From: Geobacter metallireducens GS-15
GTDB lineage: Bacteria; Desulfobacterota; Desulfuromonadia; Geobacterales; Geobacteraceae
DNA length: 32,000 nucleotides
Direction of reading: 5' to 3'
NCBI RefSeq assembly: GCF_000012925.1
Contig: NC_007517.1
Coordinates: forward strand, 3,390,001-3,422,000
The position numbers and the translations under genes are program-made. Below, piece after piece: positions 1 through 7,541 of this stretch. Under the pieces are notes generated by a model. That model did no database searches. It saw only the letters and a list, made by a program, of their open reading frames with translations, and was not told the DNA's origin. The stretch's first letter is position 1, and the number at the start of each line of letters is the position of its first letter.

Positions 1-25
1 TGTGGGCCATATTTAAACTCTATCG

Positions 26-88
26 GGCTAACGTCTCGCTTCAGGGGCCGGCGCGATAGCGACGGTCCCCTGGAAGTGTCAGTTGGGC
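26..88 (-). other. attC recombination site of cassette 1
   Basis: The minus strand reads GCCCAAC (R'', 88..82), then tgacaCTTCcAGGGGaCCGtCGC, a short loop, GCGcCGGCCCCTGAAGcgagac, then GTTAGCC (R', 32..26). The arms pair (CTTC/AGGGG/CCG/CGC) with single-base bulges. The site starts 9 nt after the TAG stop of the cassette ORF. Its 63-bp length and RYYYAAC/GTTRRRY-like ends fit attC. Confidence 0.7.
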
Positions 89-97
89 AGCCGTCCT

Positions 98-541
98 CTA
101 GCAAAAGGTACTGGTTTTGCCCTTACTGAGCCATTCTCCGATTAGGCCAGTAAGGATTATCGAAATGAACGTGGAGAACCAAAAGCCACTTATAAGAAGG
201 CCCTTGTACTCCTTTTTCAGAAGTTCGTCCGGATGCGTAGGGAAGGAGAGTGCTGGGTTGCGCGCATCGTAGTAGATGGTGATAACATCGCCGACCGCTC
301 CACCGCAGACTCGCCATGTCCTGCGGTAGAGTTGGTTGCCAACGGTGTAGGAATATATTTCCAGCTTTTTGGGTGTCGTATTGTCTATGCCAACGATGGT
401 GGCTTTGGTAGCCACTGGAGCTTGGCTTAATTGGTAATATTGCGGCCAATTACTCCAAGTAAAGGCAATGAAAACGGCAAACACACCAGCTAGCACCAAC
501 CAAAGGGGAAGAAATATGGCTATTTTTTTCAAAAGTCCCAT
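98..541 (-). CDS. Integron cassette ORF: small membrane protein, DUF3592-like, function unknown
   Basis: 147-aa ORF with ATG start and TAG stop. It has an N-terminal TM helix, a beta-rich middle part (ATIVGI...YSYTVGNQLY...VGDVITIYYDARNP) and a hydrophobic C-terminal segment (one or two predicted TM helices). This topology and motif resemble DUF3592. G+C is visibly lower than the neighbouring chromosome. Confidence 0.75.
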   Translation of the reverse strand: MGLLKKIAIFLPLWLVLAGVFAVFIAFTWSNWPQYYQLSQAPVATKATIVGIDNTTPKKLEIYSYTVGNQLYRRTWRVCGGAVGDVITIYYDARNPALSFPTHPDELLKKEYKGLLISGFWFSTFISIILTGLIGEWLSKGKTSTFC

Positions 542-592
542 TGTGCAACGACCCTACATTCGCCCATTTCATTGTGTTTGAGTCACCAAGCC

Positions 593-630
593 CCCCAACG
601 TTGATTGGACGCCCTAAAAGGCGTGGAATT
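593..630 (-). other. Putative attI core and cassette junction (crossover G|TT at 599|598)
   Basis: The minus strand reads ccacGCCTTTTAGGGCGtccaatcaacGTTGGGG. The GTTGGGG core is preceded by a CAAC/GTTG palindrome and a 5-bp inverted repeat (ACGCC/GGCGT on the plus strand, 612..627). The TTGGGG that opens the cassette complements the cassette's own R'' GCCCAAC. Confidence 0.5.
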
Positions 631-637
631 TTGCGCC

Positions 638-667
638 AGTATGGTGTATAAGGCAGTCTTGAGTCAA
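638..667 (-). promoter_or_regulatory. Pc-like sigma-70 promoter directed into the cassette array
   Basis: Minus strand: TTGACT (667..662), 18-nt spacer, CATACT (643..638). It lies between the intI start and the attI core and faces the cassette ORF. Confidence 0.4.
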
Positions 668-704
668 GCTAATTAATGAATTCTACTCGTAAAGGGATTC
701 TGAA

Positions 705-1709
705 ATGCACCCCATCAACATGGGCAAAAACGCCTCTGCTGTCGAACCCGAAAAACCCCGCCTCCTGGATATCCTCCGCACCAGAATCCGCCTCAAACAT
801 TACAGCCTCCGCACGGAGCAGACTTACACCGAATGGGCGAAGCGCTACATTCTCTTCCATGGCAAACGCCATCCCGCCGAGATGGGGAAGGAAGAGGTGG
901 AGGCGTTTCTCTCCCATCTGGCGGTGAAGCACAATGTCTCGGCCTCGACCCAGAGCCAAGCCCGGGCCGCGATTCTTTTTCTCTACCGCGAGGTACTCGA
1001 CATTGAACTCCCCTGGCTGGACGATGTGGAACAGGCGAAGAAGCCCCAACGGCTGCCGGTGGTGCTGACGGTAAGCGAGGTGCAGGCTCTCCTCTCCCGC
1101 CTGACCGGAACCCATGCGCTGATGGGGCGACTGATGTACGGTACCGGCATGCGCCTGATGGAGACGGTGCGGCTGCGGGTGAAGGATGTGGATTTCGAGC
1201 GGAGCGAGATCATCGTCCGGGAAGGTAAGGGTGCAAAGGATCGGATCACCATGCTCCCCCAAGCGGTTGCGGCCCCGCTGCGGGAGCACCTGGGGCGGGT
1301 GGAGGCTCTTCACGGGGCGGATTTGAGGGCCGGCTTCGGCGAGGTCCACCTCCCCCATGCCCTCGGGAAGAAGTACCCGAACGCGGGTCGGGAATGGGGA
1401 TGGCAGTATGTGTTCCCGGCAAAGCAGCTTTCGACGGACCCGCGCACGGGGGTAACCCGTCGGCACCACGCTGACGAGAAGGGAATCCAGCGGGCCATCC
1501 GTCAGGCAGTGCGGGACGCGGAGCTTGCCAAGCCAGCCACTCCCCACACGCTACGGCACTCCTTCGCGACGCACCTGCTCCAGTCGGGCTACGATATCCG
1601 CACGGTGCAGGAACTTCTGGGCCACAAGGATGTGCAGACGACGATGATCTACACCCATGTGCTGAACCGTGGCGGCAAAGGGGTGGAAAGTCCCCTTGAT
1701 CGGCTGTAG
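705..1709 (+). CDS. intI: Integron integrase IntI (tyrosine recombinase)
   Basis: 334 aa. Catalytic residues are present: R150 (GTGMRLME), H281-x-x-R284 ([12 protein letters not shown]), H307 and Y316 ([14 protein letters not shown]). The integron-specific insertion [24 protein letters not shown]...[11 protein letters not shown] aligns by eye with IntI1 [22 protein letters not shown]...DPRSGVVRRHH. Confidence 0.9.
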   Translation: MHPINMGKNASAVEPEKPRLLDILRTRIRLKHYSLRTEQTYTEWAKRYILFHGKRHPAEMGKEEVEAFLSHLAVKHNVSASTQSQARAAILFLYREVLDIELPWLDDVEQAKKPQRLPVVLTVSEVQALLSRLTGTHALMGRLMYGTGMRLMETVRLRVKDVDFERSEIIVREGKGAKDRITMLPQAVAAPLREHLGRVEALHGADLRAGFGEVHLPHALGKKYPNAGREWGWQYVFPAKQLSTDPRTGVTRRHHADEKGIQRAIRQAVRDAELAKPATPHTLRHSFATHLLQSGYDIRTVQELLGHKDVQTTMIYTHVLNRGGKGVESPLDRL

Positions 1710-1746
1710 AATTGTCCGGTAACGTCATTGCCACGGAGGTAACGCC

Positions 1747-2268
1747 ATGAGGGAAAAGATCGAGATCATACCGGGGGATATCACGAAGCTGGCGGTGGAC
1801 ACCATTGTGAACGCGGCCAACAATTCGCTCCTTGGGGGGGGCGGGGTTGACGGCGCCATCCACCGGGCCGCGGGGCCGGAGCTGCTGGCGGAGTGCCGGA
1901 CCCTGAACGGCTGCGCCACCGGCGACGCCAAGATAACGAAGGGGTATCGCCTCCCGGCGAAGCACGTGATCCACACGGTGGGGCCGGTGTGGCACGGGGG
2001 GGCTAAGGGTGAGCAAGAGCTTCTGAGGAGTTGCTACCGCCGCTGTTTCGAGGTGGCCCACGGGGCCGGTCTCACCTCTATCGCCTTTCCGGCCATCAGC
2101 TGCGGGGTCTACGGCTATCCCCTGACTGAGGCGTGCGCCATTGCCGTGGAGGAGACGAAGACAGCGCTGGAGCGCTATCCGGAGCTAGCGCGGGTGATCT
2201 TCACCCCCTTCGGTGCCGAGGCGGAGGCCGCCTACCGGGCTGCCCTGGCGAAGGTGTTCGGCGCATGA
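1747..2268 (+). CDS. ymdB: Macro-domain protein (O-acetyl-ADP-ribose deacetylase, YmdB-like)
   Basis: 173 aa. Motifs: [34 protein letters not shown] and [20 protein letters not shown] Shine-Dalgarno sequence 7 nt upstream. Confidence 0.9.
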   Translation: MREKIEIIPGDITKLAVDTIVNAANNSLLGGGGVDGAIHRAAGPELLAECRTLNGCATGDAKITKGYRLPAKHVIHTVGPVWHGGAKGEQELLRSCYRRCFEVAHGAGLTSIAFPAISCGVYGYPLTEACAIAVEETKTALERYPELARVIFTPFGAEAEAAYRAALAKVFGA

Positions 2269-2720
2269 AGGCGGTTATCCAGCGGGTAAGCGAGGCCAGG
2301 GTGGTGGTGGACGGCGAGGTTGTGGGAGCCATCGAGCGGGGAATTCTGGTCCTTCTCGGGGTGGAGAAGGGGGACGCGGAGCGGGACGCGGCATGGCTGG
2401 CGGAAAAGGTCGCGGGGCTGCGGATTTTCGAGGACGAGGCGGGGAAGATGAACCTGTCGGTGCGGGAGGTGACCGGCGGGATCCTCGCCGTGTCCCAGTT
2501 TACCCTGGCGGGGAACTGCGCCAAGGGGCGGCGCCCATCCTTCGACACGGCGGCACCACCCGACGAGGGGAAGCGGCTCTATGGCCGTTTCGTTGATTTC
2601 ATGCGGGAAACCGGCATCCCCACGGCCACGGGGATCTTCCAGGCGGACATGAAGGTGCATCTGGTGAACGACGGGCCGGTGACATTTATCCTGGAGAGTC
2701 CGAAGGCTACCGGGGGATAA
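2265..2720 (+). CDS. dtd: D-aminoacyl-tRNA deacylase
   Basis: Starts [33 protein letters not shown] and contains SQFTLAG...GRRPSF. The ATG overlaps the ymdB stop (ATGA at 2265..2268). The longer track ORF from 2133 is an upstream extension. Confidence 0.9.
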   Translation: MKAVIQRVSEARVVVDGEVVGAIERGILVLLGVEKGDAERDAAWLAEKVAGLRIFEDEAGKMNLSVREVTGGILAVSQFTLAGNCAKGRRPSFDTAAPPDEGKRLYGRFVDFMRETGIPTATGIFQADMKVHLVNDGPVTFILESPKATGG

Positions 2721-2732
2721 TCCCCACGGCGA

Positions 2733-2930
2733 TCATGGTCCCTTCCTCGATCCGCGAAGGTGCTCGCTCGCCGCCCCCTCCAGGGCTTCGTCCAGGTCGG
2801 CAGCGGTGCCAGCATGGGCTTGGGCATAAGAAACCAGTTCTTCGTTAACAGCATTGACCCGCTGCGGCCTCACCCACTCTTCCACCGCCGGAAAAGGAAG
2901 ATGGAAATTGTGCTTAGGTGATGTTTTCAT
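2733..2930 (-). CDS. Hypothetical small protein (65 aa), orphan
   Basis: ATG at 2930..2928 is preceded by AGGAGG with a 6-nt spacer. The gene lies in a lower-GC pocket and uses many A/T-ending codons, unlike its neighbours. It is the C-terminal part of the spurious 243-aa track ORF 2733..3464. Confidence 0.45.
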   Translation of the reverse strand: MKTSPKHNFHLPFPAVEEWVRPQRVNAVNEELVSYAQAHAGTAADLDEALEGAASEHLRGSRKGP

Positions 2931-3086
2931 GACAGACCTCCTGCCATAAGAATATGCCAGCATAGATATGAGCGCAAGAAGGACATTTTCACCGAAGCAT
3001 GTCCCTCCCTTTTTACGTTTTGCGCTTCCCTCCGCCGTGGTGTACCATAGCCGCTTTCTGTATTCTCTCTTGACCGGGAGTATCCG

Positions 3087-3944
3087 TTGGACTTCAAAAC
3101 AGTTCTCGACAATCTCTACGCCGCCCGCTCGACCCGGCACCTGGCAAACGACCCCCTCTCGTTCTGCCACCGCTTTGTGGCCCCCGAGGACCGGGAGATC
3201 GCGGGGCTCGTGGCGTCGTGCCTCGCCTACGGCAACGTGAAGATCATCCTCCGGAACCTGGAGACGGTCTTCGCCGCCCTGGGGCCGTCGCCCCGGCGGT
3301 TCGTGGAGCGTTTCGAGCTGGAAGAAGGTCTGCGGCTCTTCGCCGGGTTCAAGCACCGCTTCAACGACGGCCGCGACCTCTGCGCGCTGCTCCTGGCGGC
3401 CCGGACCATGATCGAGGAAGCGGACACCATCGGCGACTTCTTCCTGGGGTGCCACGACCCCCATGCCGAGGACATTACCTCCTCCCTCACGGAATTCAGC
3501 GCCGCCATCCTCGCCTTCGACTACGCCCCCGTCTTCGGCAGCGATGCCATCCCTGCCGATTCCTACTTCCCCTTCTTCTTCCCCTCCCCCGCCTCGGGGA
3601 GCGCCTGCAAGCGTCTCTGCATGTACCTGCGCTGGATGGTCCGCCCCGCCGACGGCATTGATCTGGGGGTCTGGAAGGGGGTTTCACCGGGCCAGCTGGT
3701 TATTCCCGTGGATGCCCACATCCGGCGGATCTGCCGCAGCCTGGGGTTCACGAAGCGCAAGCAGGCCGACTGGCGCATGGCCCGGGAGATCACGGCGGCG
3801 CTCCGGCAGTTGGACCCGGCCGACCCGGTGAAGTACGATTTTCCCCTCTGCCACCTGGGAATCTCGGAGGGGTGCGACGGCACGGTGCAGCCCCTCTGCC
3901 GCCAATGCCCGGTGGTGGAGCTCTGTGGGGCGGGTGCGCCATGA
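3087..3944 (+). CDS. DUF2400 / TIGR02757-family protein (HhH plus Fe-S-cluster-loop-like motifs)
   Basis: 285 aa. TTG start with a GGGAG Shine-Dalgarno sequence 6 nt upstream and an in-frame TAG at 3048. The N-terminus (LYAARSTRHLANDPLSFCHRF...EIAGLVASCLAYGNV) is typical of TIGR02757. The C-terminus has PVDAHIRRI and C-x7-C-x2-C-x5-C. Confidence 0.8.
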   Translation: MDFKTVLDNLYAARSTRHLANDPLSFCHRFVAPEDREIAGLVASCLAYGNVKIILRNLETVFAALGPSPRRFVERFELEEGLRLFAGFKHRFNDGRDLCALLLAARTMIEEADTIGDFFLGCHDPHAEDITSSLTEFSAAILAFDYAPVFGSDAIPADSYFPFFFPSPASGSACKRLCMYLRWMVRPADGIDLGVWKGVSPGQLVIPVDAHIRRICRSLGFTKRKQADWRMAREITAALRQLDPADPVKYDFPLCHLGISEGCDGTVQPLCRQCPVVELCGAGAP

Positions 3945-5701
3945 GCGGGACGCCGACGGTCACCCTGTTATCCCTGGCGCCGGAGCACCATCCGGCCTCG
4001 TTCCGCTTCGACGGATTCGTGGAGGAGATCACGGCCCGCACCCCCGAGGAGGTCATCCCTGCCCTGAAGAGGGTTGAGGAGGCGGCTGCCCAGGGGCTCC
4101 ACGCGGCGGGGTTCGTCTCCTACGAAGCGGCGGCGGGGCTCGGCACCGGCCTCGCCACGCACTCCCCCGGCCCCCTCCCCCTTGTCTGGTTCGGCGTGTT
4201 CGAGAACCGCCTCGGCATTGCCCCACGCCTCCCCAGCGCCGCGGAATGCGGGGTGGCCTGCGGAACCTCCGGCTGGGAGACCACCCTCTCGCCCGAGGCC
4301 TACCAGGGGGCCGTCGAGCGGACCAAGGAATACATCGCCGCCGGCGACACCTACCAGGTGAACTTCACCTTCAGCCAGCGTTTCGCCTTCACGGGGAATC
4401 CCGCTGCCTATTTCGGCGACCTCTGCCGGGCCCAGAATGCCCCGTTCTGTGCCCATCTGGACACGGGACGCTTCCAGATTCTGTCGGCATCCCCCGAACT
4501 CTTTTTCGAACTGCGCCACGGCGTCCTCACCTGCCGTCCCATGAAGGGGACCGCTACGCGGGGCCGCTGGCGGAGCGAGGACGAGCAGATCAAGGCGCGC
4601 CTGGCCGAGAGCGAGAAGGAGCGGGCCGAGAACCTGATGATCACCGATCTTCTGCGCAACGACCTGGGGATGGTGGCGAAGACCGGCTCAGTGCAGGTGG
4701 ACGGGCTTTTTGCGGTGGAGACCCTGGAGACGGTCCACCAGATGACCTCCACCATCACGGCCCGGCAGCGGGAGGGGGTAGACCTGCCGGAGCTCTTTCG
4801 GGCCCTCTTCCCCTGCGGCTCCGTGACCGGCGCCCCCAAGAAGCGGAGCATGGAGATCATCCGTGAGCTGGAGGACTCCCCCCGGGGGGTCTACACCGGC
4901 TGCATCGGCCACGTATCCCCCGGCGGGGAGATGACCTTCAGCGTAGCCATCCGCACCGTGGTCGTCGACACTGAGACGGGAAGGGGTGAACTGGGAATCG
5001 GAAGCGGCGTCACCATCGGCTCCCAGGCAGAGGACGAGTACCAGGAGTGCCTCGCCAAGGCCCGCTTTGCCCGGGAGCGCATGCCCGACTTCCAGCTCGT
5101 GGAGACCATGCTCCACGAGGAGGACAAGGGGTGCTTCCTTCTCGACCGGCACCTGGCGCGGCTTTTCCGCTCCGCCGCCTACTTCGGCTTCACCGTGCGC
5201 CTCGGCACCATCACCATGGTCCTCGCCCACCGCACCGGTAGCCTTGAAGGAAAGCACAAGGTGCGGCTCCTCCTGAACCGCCGGGGGGCCTTCACCATCG
5301 AGACCGAGCCGCTCCCGCCGACGGAAGGCGTTGAGACGATGATTACCTGCTTCGCCTCGGAGGCCGTCGAGTCCGCAGACCCGTTCCTCTACCACAAGAC
5401 GACCCATCGCCCCCTCTACATGCGGGAGCGGGAGAGGCATCCCGATTGCGACGATGTCATCTTCGTCAACGAGCGGGGAGAGGTGACCGAGGCGACCACC
5501 GCCAACGTGGTGGCCCGGATCGGCGGCACCCTCGTGACCCCTCCCCTTCCCTGCGGGCTTCTTCCCGGCACCTTCCGGGAGGAAATCCTGGCCCTGGGCC
5601 AGGTGCGGGAGCGGGTCATCACCCGGGAGGAACTGGAAGGGGCCGAGGACATCTACCTCGTCAACTCGGTTCGGCAGTGGCGCTGGGCGCGGCTGACTTG
5701 A
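3941..5701 (+). CDS. pabB: Aminodeoxychorismate synthase component I fused to aminodeoxychorismate lyase (PabB-PabC fusion)
   Basis: Chorismate-binding motifs: SPELFF, PMKGT, AENLMITDLLRND, FPCGSVTGAPKKRSMEII, GVYTGCIG. From about nt 5085 there is a class-IV aminotransferase-like domain (YHKTTHR, VIFVNERGEVTEATTANV). The ATG at 3941 overlaps the upstream stop (ATGA). Confidence 0.88.
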   Translation: MSGTPTVTLLSLAPEHHPASFRFDGFVEEITARTPEEVIPALKRVEEAAAQGLHAAGFVSYEAAAGLGTGLATHSPGPLPLVWFGVFENRLGIAPRLPSAAECGVACGTSGWETTLSPEAYQGAVERTKEYIAAGDTYQVNFTFSQRFAFTGNPAAYFGDLCRAQNAPFCAHLDTGRFQILSASPELFFELRHGVLTCRPMKGTATRGRWRSEDEQIKARLAESEKERAENLMITDLLRNDLGMVAKTGSVQVDGLFAVETLETVHQMTSTITARQREGVDLPELFRALFPCGSVTGAPKKRSMEIIRELEDSPRGVYTGCIGHVSPGGEMTFSVAIRTVVVDTETGRGELGIGSGVTIGSQAEDEYQECLAKARFARERMPDFQLVETMLHEEDKGCFLLDRHLARLFRSAAYFGFTVRLGTITMVLAHRTGSLEGKHKVRLLLNRRGAFTIETEPLPPTEGVETMITCFASEAVESADPFLYHKTTHRPLYMRERERHPDCDDVIFVNERGEVTEATTANVVARIGGTLVTPPLPCGLLPGTFREEILALGQVRERVITREELEGAEDIYLVNSVRQWRWARLT

Positions 5702-5721
5702 AAAGGAAACGGAGGTAATCC

Positions 5722-6585
5722 ATGCAGAAATTCGGTTTCATCGGCCTCGGCATCATGGGAAGCGCCATGGCTAAGAACCTTGTGAAAGCGGGCTGTTCGG
5801 TGACGATCTGGAACCGTTCCCCGGAGAAGGCGGAGGAACTGGCGGCCTTGGGGGCGGAACGGGCCGCAACCCCCTGCGAAGTGGTGGAGTCATGCCCCGT
5901 GACCTTTGCCATGCTGGCGGACCCAGCTGCGGCGGAGGAGGTTTGCTTCGGCAAGCACGGGGTGCTGGAGGGGATCGGCGAAGGGCGTGGCTACGTGGAC
6001 ATGTCCACCGTGGACCCGGCCACATCCCAGCGGATCGGCGTGGCCGTGGTGGCCAAGGGGGGACGGTTCCTGGAGGCGCCCGTGTCGGGGAGCAAAAAGC
6101 CGGCCGAGGACGGCACCCTCATCATCCTGGCAGCCGGGGACCGGAACCTCTACGACGAGGCAATGCCCGGCTTCGAGAAGATGGGGAAGAAGATCATCCA
6201 CCTTGGTGACGTGGGAAAGGGCGCCGAGATGAAGCTGGTGGTGAACATGGTCATGGGTGGGATGATGGCCTGCTTCTGCGAGGGACTGGCGTTGGGGGAG
6301 AAGGCGGGGCTCGCCACCGACGCCATCCTCGACGTGATCGGCGCCGGCGCCATGGCGAATCCCATGTTCGCCCTGAAGGGGGGGCTCATCCGCGACCGGA
6401 ACTTCGCGCCGGCCTTCCCCCTGAAGCATATGCAGAAGGATCTGCGGCTGGCGGTTGCCCTGGGTGACCGGGTGGGTCAGCCCCTCGTGGCCTCCGCGGC
6501 GGCCAACGAGCTGTTCAAGGGGGCCAGGGCCGCCGGCTTCGGCGACGAGGATTTCTCCGCCATCTTCAAAACCATCGAGCGGTGA
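5722..6585 (+). CDS. NAD(P)-dependent beta-hydroxyacid dehydrogenase (3-hydroxyisobutyrate / succinic-semialdehyde-glyoxylate reductase family)
   Basis: 287 aa. Rossmann motif FIGLGIMGSAMAKNL, then NRSPEK, PVSGSKKPAEDGTL and the family C-terminal domain. GGAGG Shine-Dalgarno sequence. Confidence 0.88.
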   Translation: MQKFGFIGLGIMGSAMAKNLVKAGCSVTIWNRSPEKAEELAALGAERAATPCEVVESCPVTFAMLADPAAAEEVCFGKHGVLEGIGEGRGYVDMSTVDPATSQRIGVAVVAKGGRFLEAPVSGSKKPAEDGTLIILAAGDRNLYDEAMPGFEKMGKKIIHLGDVGKGAEMKLVVNMVMGGMMACFCEGLALGEKAGLATDAILDVIGAGAMANPMFALKGGLIRDRNFAPAFPLKHMQKDLRLAVALGDRVGQPLVASAAANELFKGARAAGFGDEDFSAIFKTIER

Positions 6586-6615
6586 AAGCCCTCCCCCAGG
6601 GAGTTCCAGCAGAGC

Positions 6616-7215
6616 TTACGGCAGTTCCTCGCCCCCAGGCAGGGCCAGTCCGGCCAGGGGGTGCTGCCGGGGTTCCTCCGGGTTCCCCCCTTCGTCACCC
6701 TCACCCTTGGCAACATACTCCTCGACCCAGCCATTGACCTTCTCGGCCACCAGGGCCTTCAGCTGCTCCTCCAGCCGCTCCCGCGCCTTCTTGTCATAAC
6801 CGGGGATCTGCCGCACCTCGTAGTGGACGTGGGGGCCGGTGGAGCGCCCCGTGCTCCCCGCCAGGGCGAGGACGGTTTTCGTATCCACCGCCTGCCCCGG
6901 GGTGACGCGAATCGTCGAGTTGTGGCCGTACAGGGTCACGTAGCCGTTGCCGTGATCCACGGCCACCAGGTTGCCGTACCCCTTGTAGGGACCGGCGAAG
7001 GTGACGGTCCCCCGCTGGGTGGGGTAGACCGGGGTCCCCTCGGGGACGGCGATGTCGACCCCCTGGTGATAGGTCATCCGGCCGCTGCCGAAGGGGTCGA
7101 GGCGCCAGCCAATGCCGGAGGTGACAGTGCCGCCGTCCACGGGGAGCTGACGGGAGGCGGCGGCAAAGGCGGGAAGGAGGAGAAGGAAAAGGATTGCGGA
7201 GATTATTAGTTTCAT
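6616..7215 (-). CDS. Secreted M23-family metallopeptidase
   Basis: The ATG at 7215 gives a signal peptide (MKLIISAILFLLLLPAFAAA). M23 motifs are present: HQGVDIA, GNLVAVDHGNGYVTLYGH, GSTGRSTGPHVHYEV. The 250-aa track ORF is an upstream extension. Confidence 0.88.
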   Translation of the reverse strand: MKLIISAILFLLLLPAFAAASRQLPVDGGTVTSGIGWRLDPFGSGRMTYHQGVDIAVPEGTPVYPTQRGTVTFAGPYKGYGNLVAVDHGNGYVTLYGHNSTIRVTPGQAVDTKTVLALAGSTGRSTGPHVHYEVRQIPGYDKKARERLEEQLKALVAEKVNGWVEEYVAKGEGDEGGNPEEPRQHPLAGLALPGGEELP

Positions 7216-7238
7216 GGGGTTTTCACCAACAGGTCCGG

Positions 7239-7370
7239 CTACTTGGCGAGGCCGTACGCGATAAGAACGAGGGAGAGGACGAACAGGCAGAACATGGCCG
7301 CCAGAATGGGCCCATCGCCGTCTGCCGCTCCTTCGCTGATGGTACGGATGAAGTCTCTGATGATCCACAT
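7239..7370 (-). CDS. Possible 43-aa single-pass membrane protein upstream of the M23 peptidase
   Basis: MWIIRDFIRTISEGAADGDGPILAAMFCLFVLSLVLIAYGLAK. There is an AAGGTG Shine-Dalgarno-like sequence 5 nt upstream. Codon third positions are strongly G/C-rich, like genuine genes here. The gene ends 23 nt before the peptidase start. Confidence 0.45.
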   Translation of the reverse strand: MWIIRDFIRTISEGAADGDGPILAAMFCLFVLSLVLIAYGLAK

Positions 7371-7453
7371 GGGCACACCTTCGGGTACCAGCTGCCCTTT
7401 TTCAAAGCAACAAATATGCCACGGATCCCCCCCTCCCGGCAACCCCTCCCCTC

Positions 7454-7502
7454 AAATTTAACCTAAATTTAACTTGTTTTTTGTCGCTACCATTGCCATA
7501 CT
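7454..7502 (+). promoter_or_regulatory. Candidate typA promoter with an UP-element-like AAATTTAAC direct repeat
   Basis: AAATTTAAC occurs at 7454..7462 and 7465..7473 (11-bp period). Downstream are TTGTTT (7474..7479), a 17-nt spacer and CATACT (7497..7502). Confidence 0.35.
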
Positions 7503-7515
7503 ATGGCGTTTTTTC

Positions 7516-7541
7516 AGACGAGCCGATGCTCGTCTTTTTCG
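7516..7541 (+). terminator. Intrinsic-terminator-like hairpin in the typA leader (attenuator or 5' stabilising stem-loop?)
   Basis: Perfect 8-bp stem AGACGAGC / GCTCGTCT with loop CGAT, followed by TTTTCGTTT. No upstream plus-strand gene is present for it to terminate. Confidence 0.4.

Larger units (their letters stand above)
26..1709. mobile_element. Chromosomal integron platform: intI, divergent Pc-like promoter, attI junction, one complete gene cassette and its attC. The cassette array runs leftwards off the window.
   Basis: An IntI-type tyrosine recombinase gene lies at 705..1709. The low-GC segment to its left carries promoter hexamers, a GTTGGGG core (minus strand, 599..593), one ORF, and a 63-bp imperfect palindrome bounded by GCCCAAC and GTTAGCC (minus strand). 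Confidence 0.75.

Noticed and set aside
542-572. Short upstream ORF (ATG at 572) in the cassette leader, considered by analogy with ORF-11 of attI1
   Set aside because: It is out of frame with the cassette ORF and runs about 40 codons into it. It has no Shine-Dalgarno sequence and I have no conservation evidence.
600-704. LexA box controlling intI, as in many integrons
   Set aside because: I found neither the E. coli-type CTGT-N8-ACAG nor the GGTT-N2-C-N4-G-N3-ACC motif that I recall for Geobacter LexA in the intI upstream region. Absence judged by eye is not conclusive.
1834-1841. G8 homopolymer inside ymdB, and similar G7/C8 runs at about 1994, 12713 and 24695, considered as potential phase-variation tracts
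   Set aside because: They encode conserved Gly-rich motifs (for example LLGGGGVDG of the macro domain) using the GGG codon in a GC-rich genome. The genes are housekeeping, and nothing suggests contingency-locus behaviour.
2733-3464. 243-aa minus-strand ORF overlapping the DUF2400 gene
   Set aside because: Only the last 65 codons (2733..2930), which have their own AGGAGG-ATG, lie outside the DUF2400 gene. The rest is antisense to a gene with family-typical sequence.
6591-6603. Short hairpin CTCCC-cca-GGGAG between the convergent dehydrogenase and M23 peptidase genes, considered as a terminator
   Set aside because: The stem is only 5 bp and there is no U tract on either strand. This is too weak to call.
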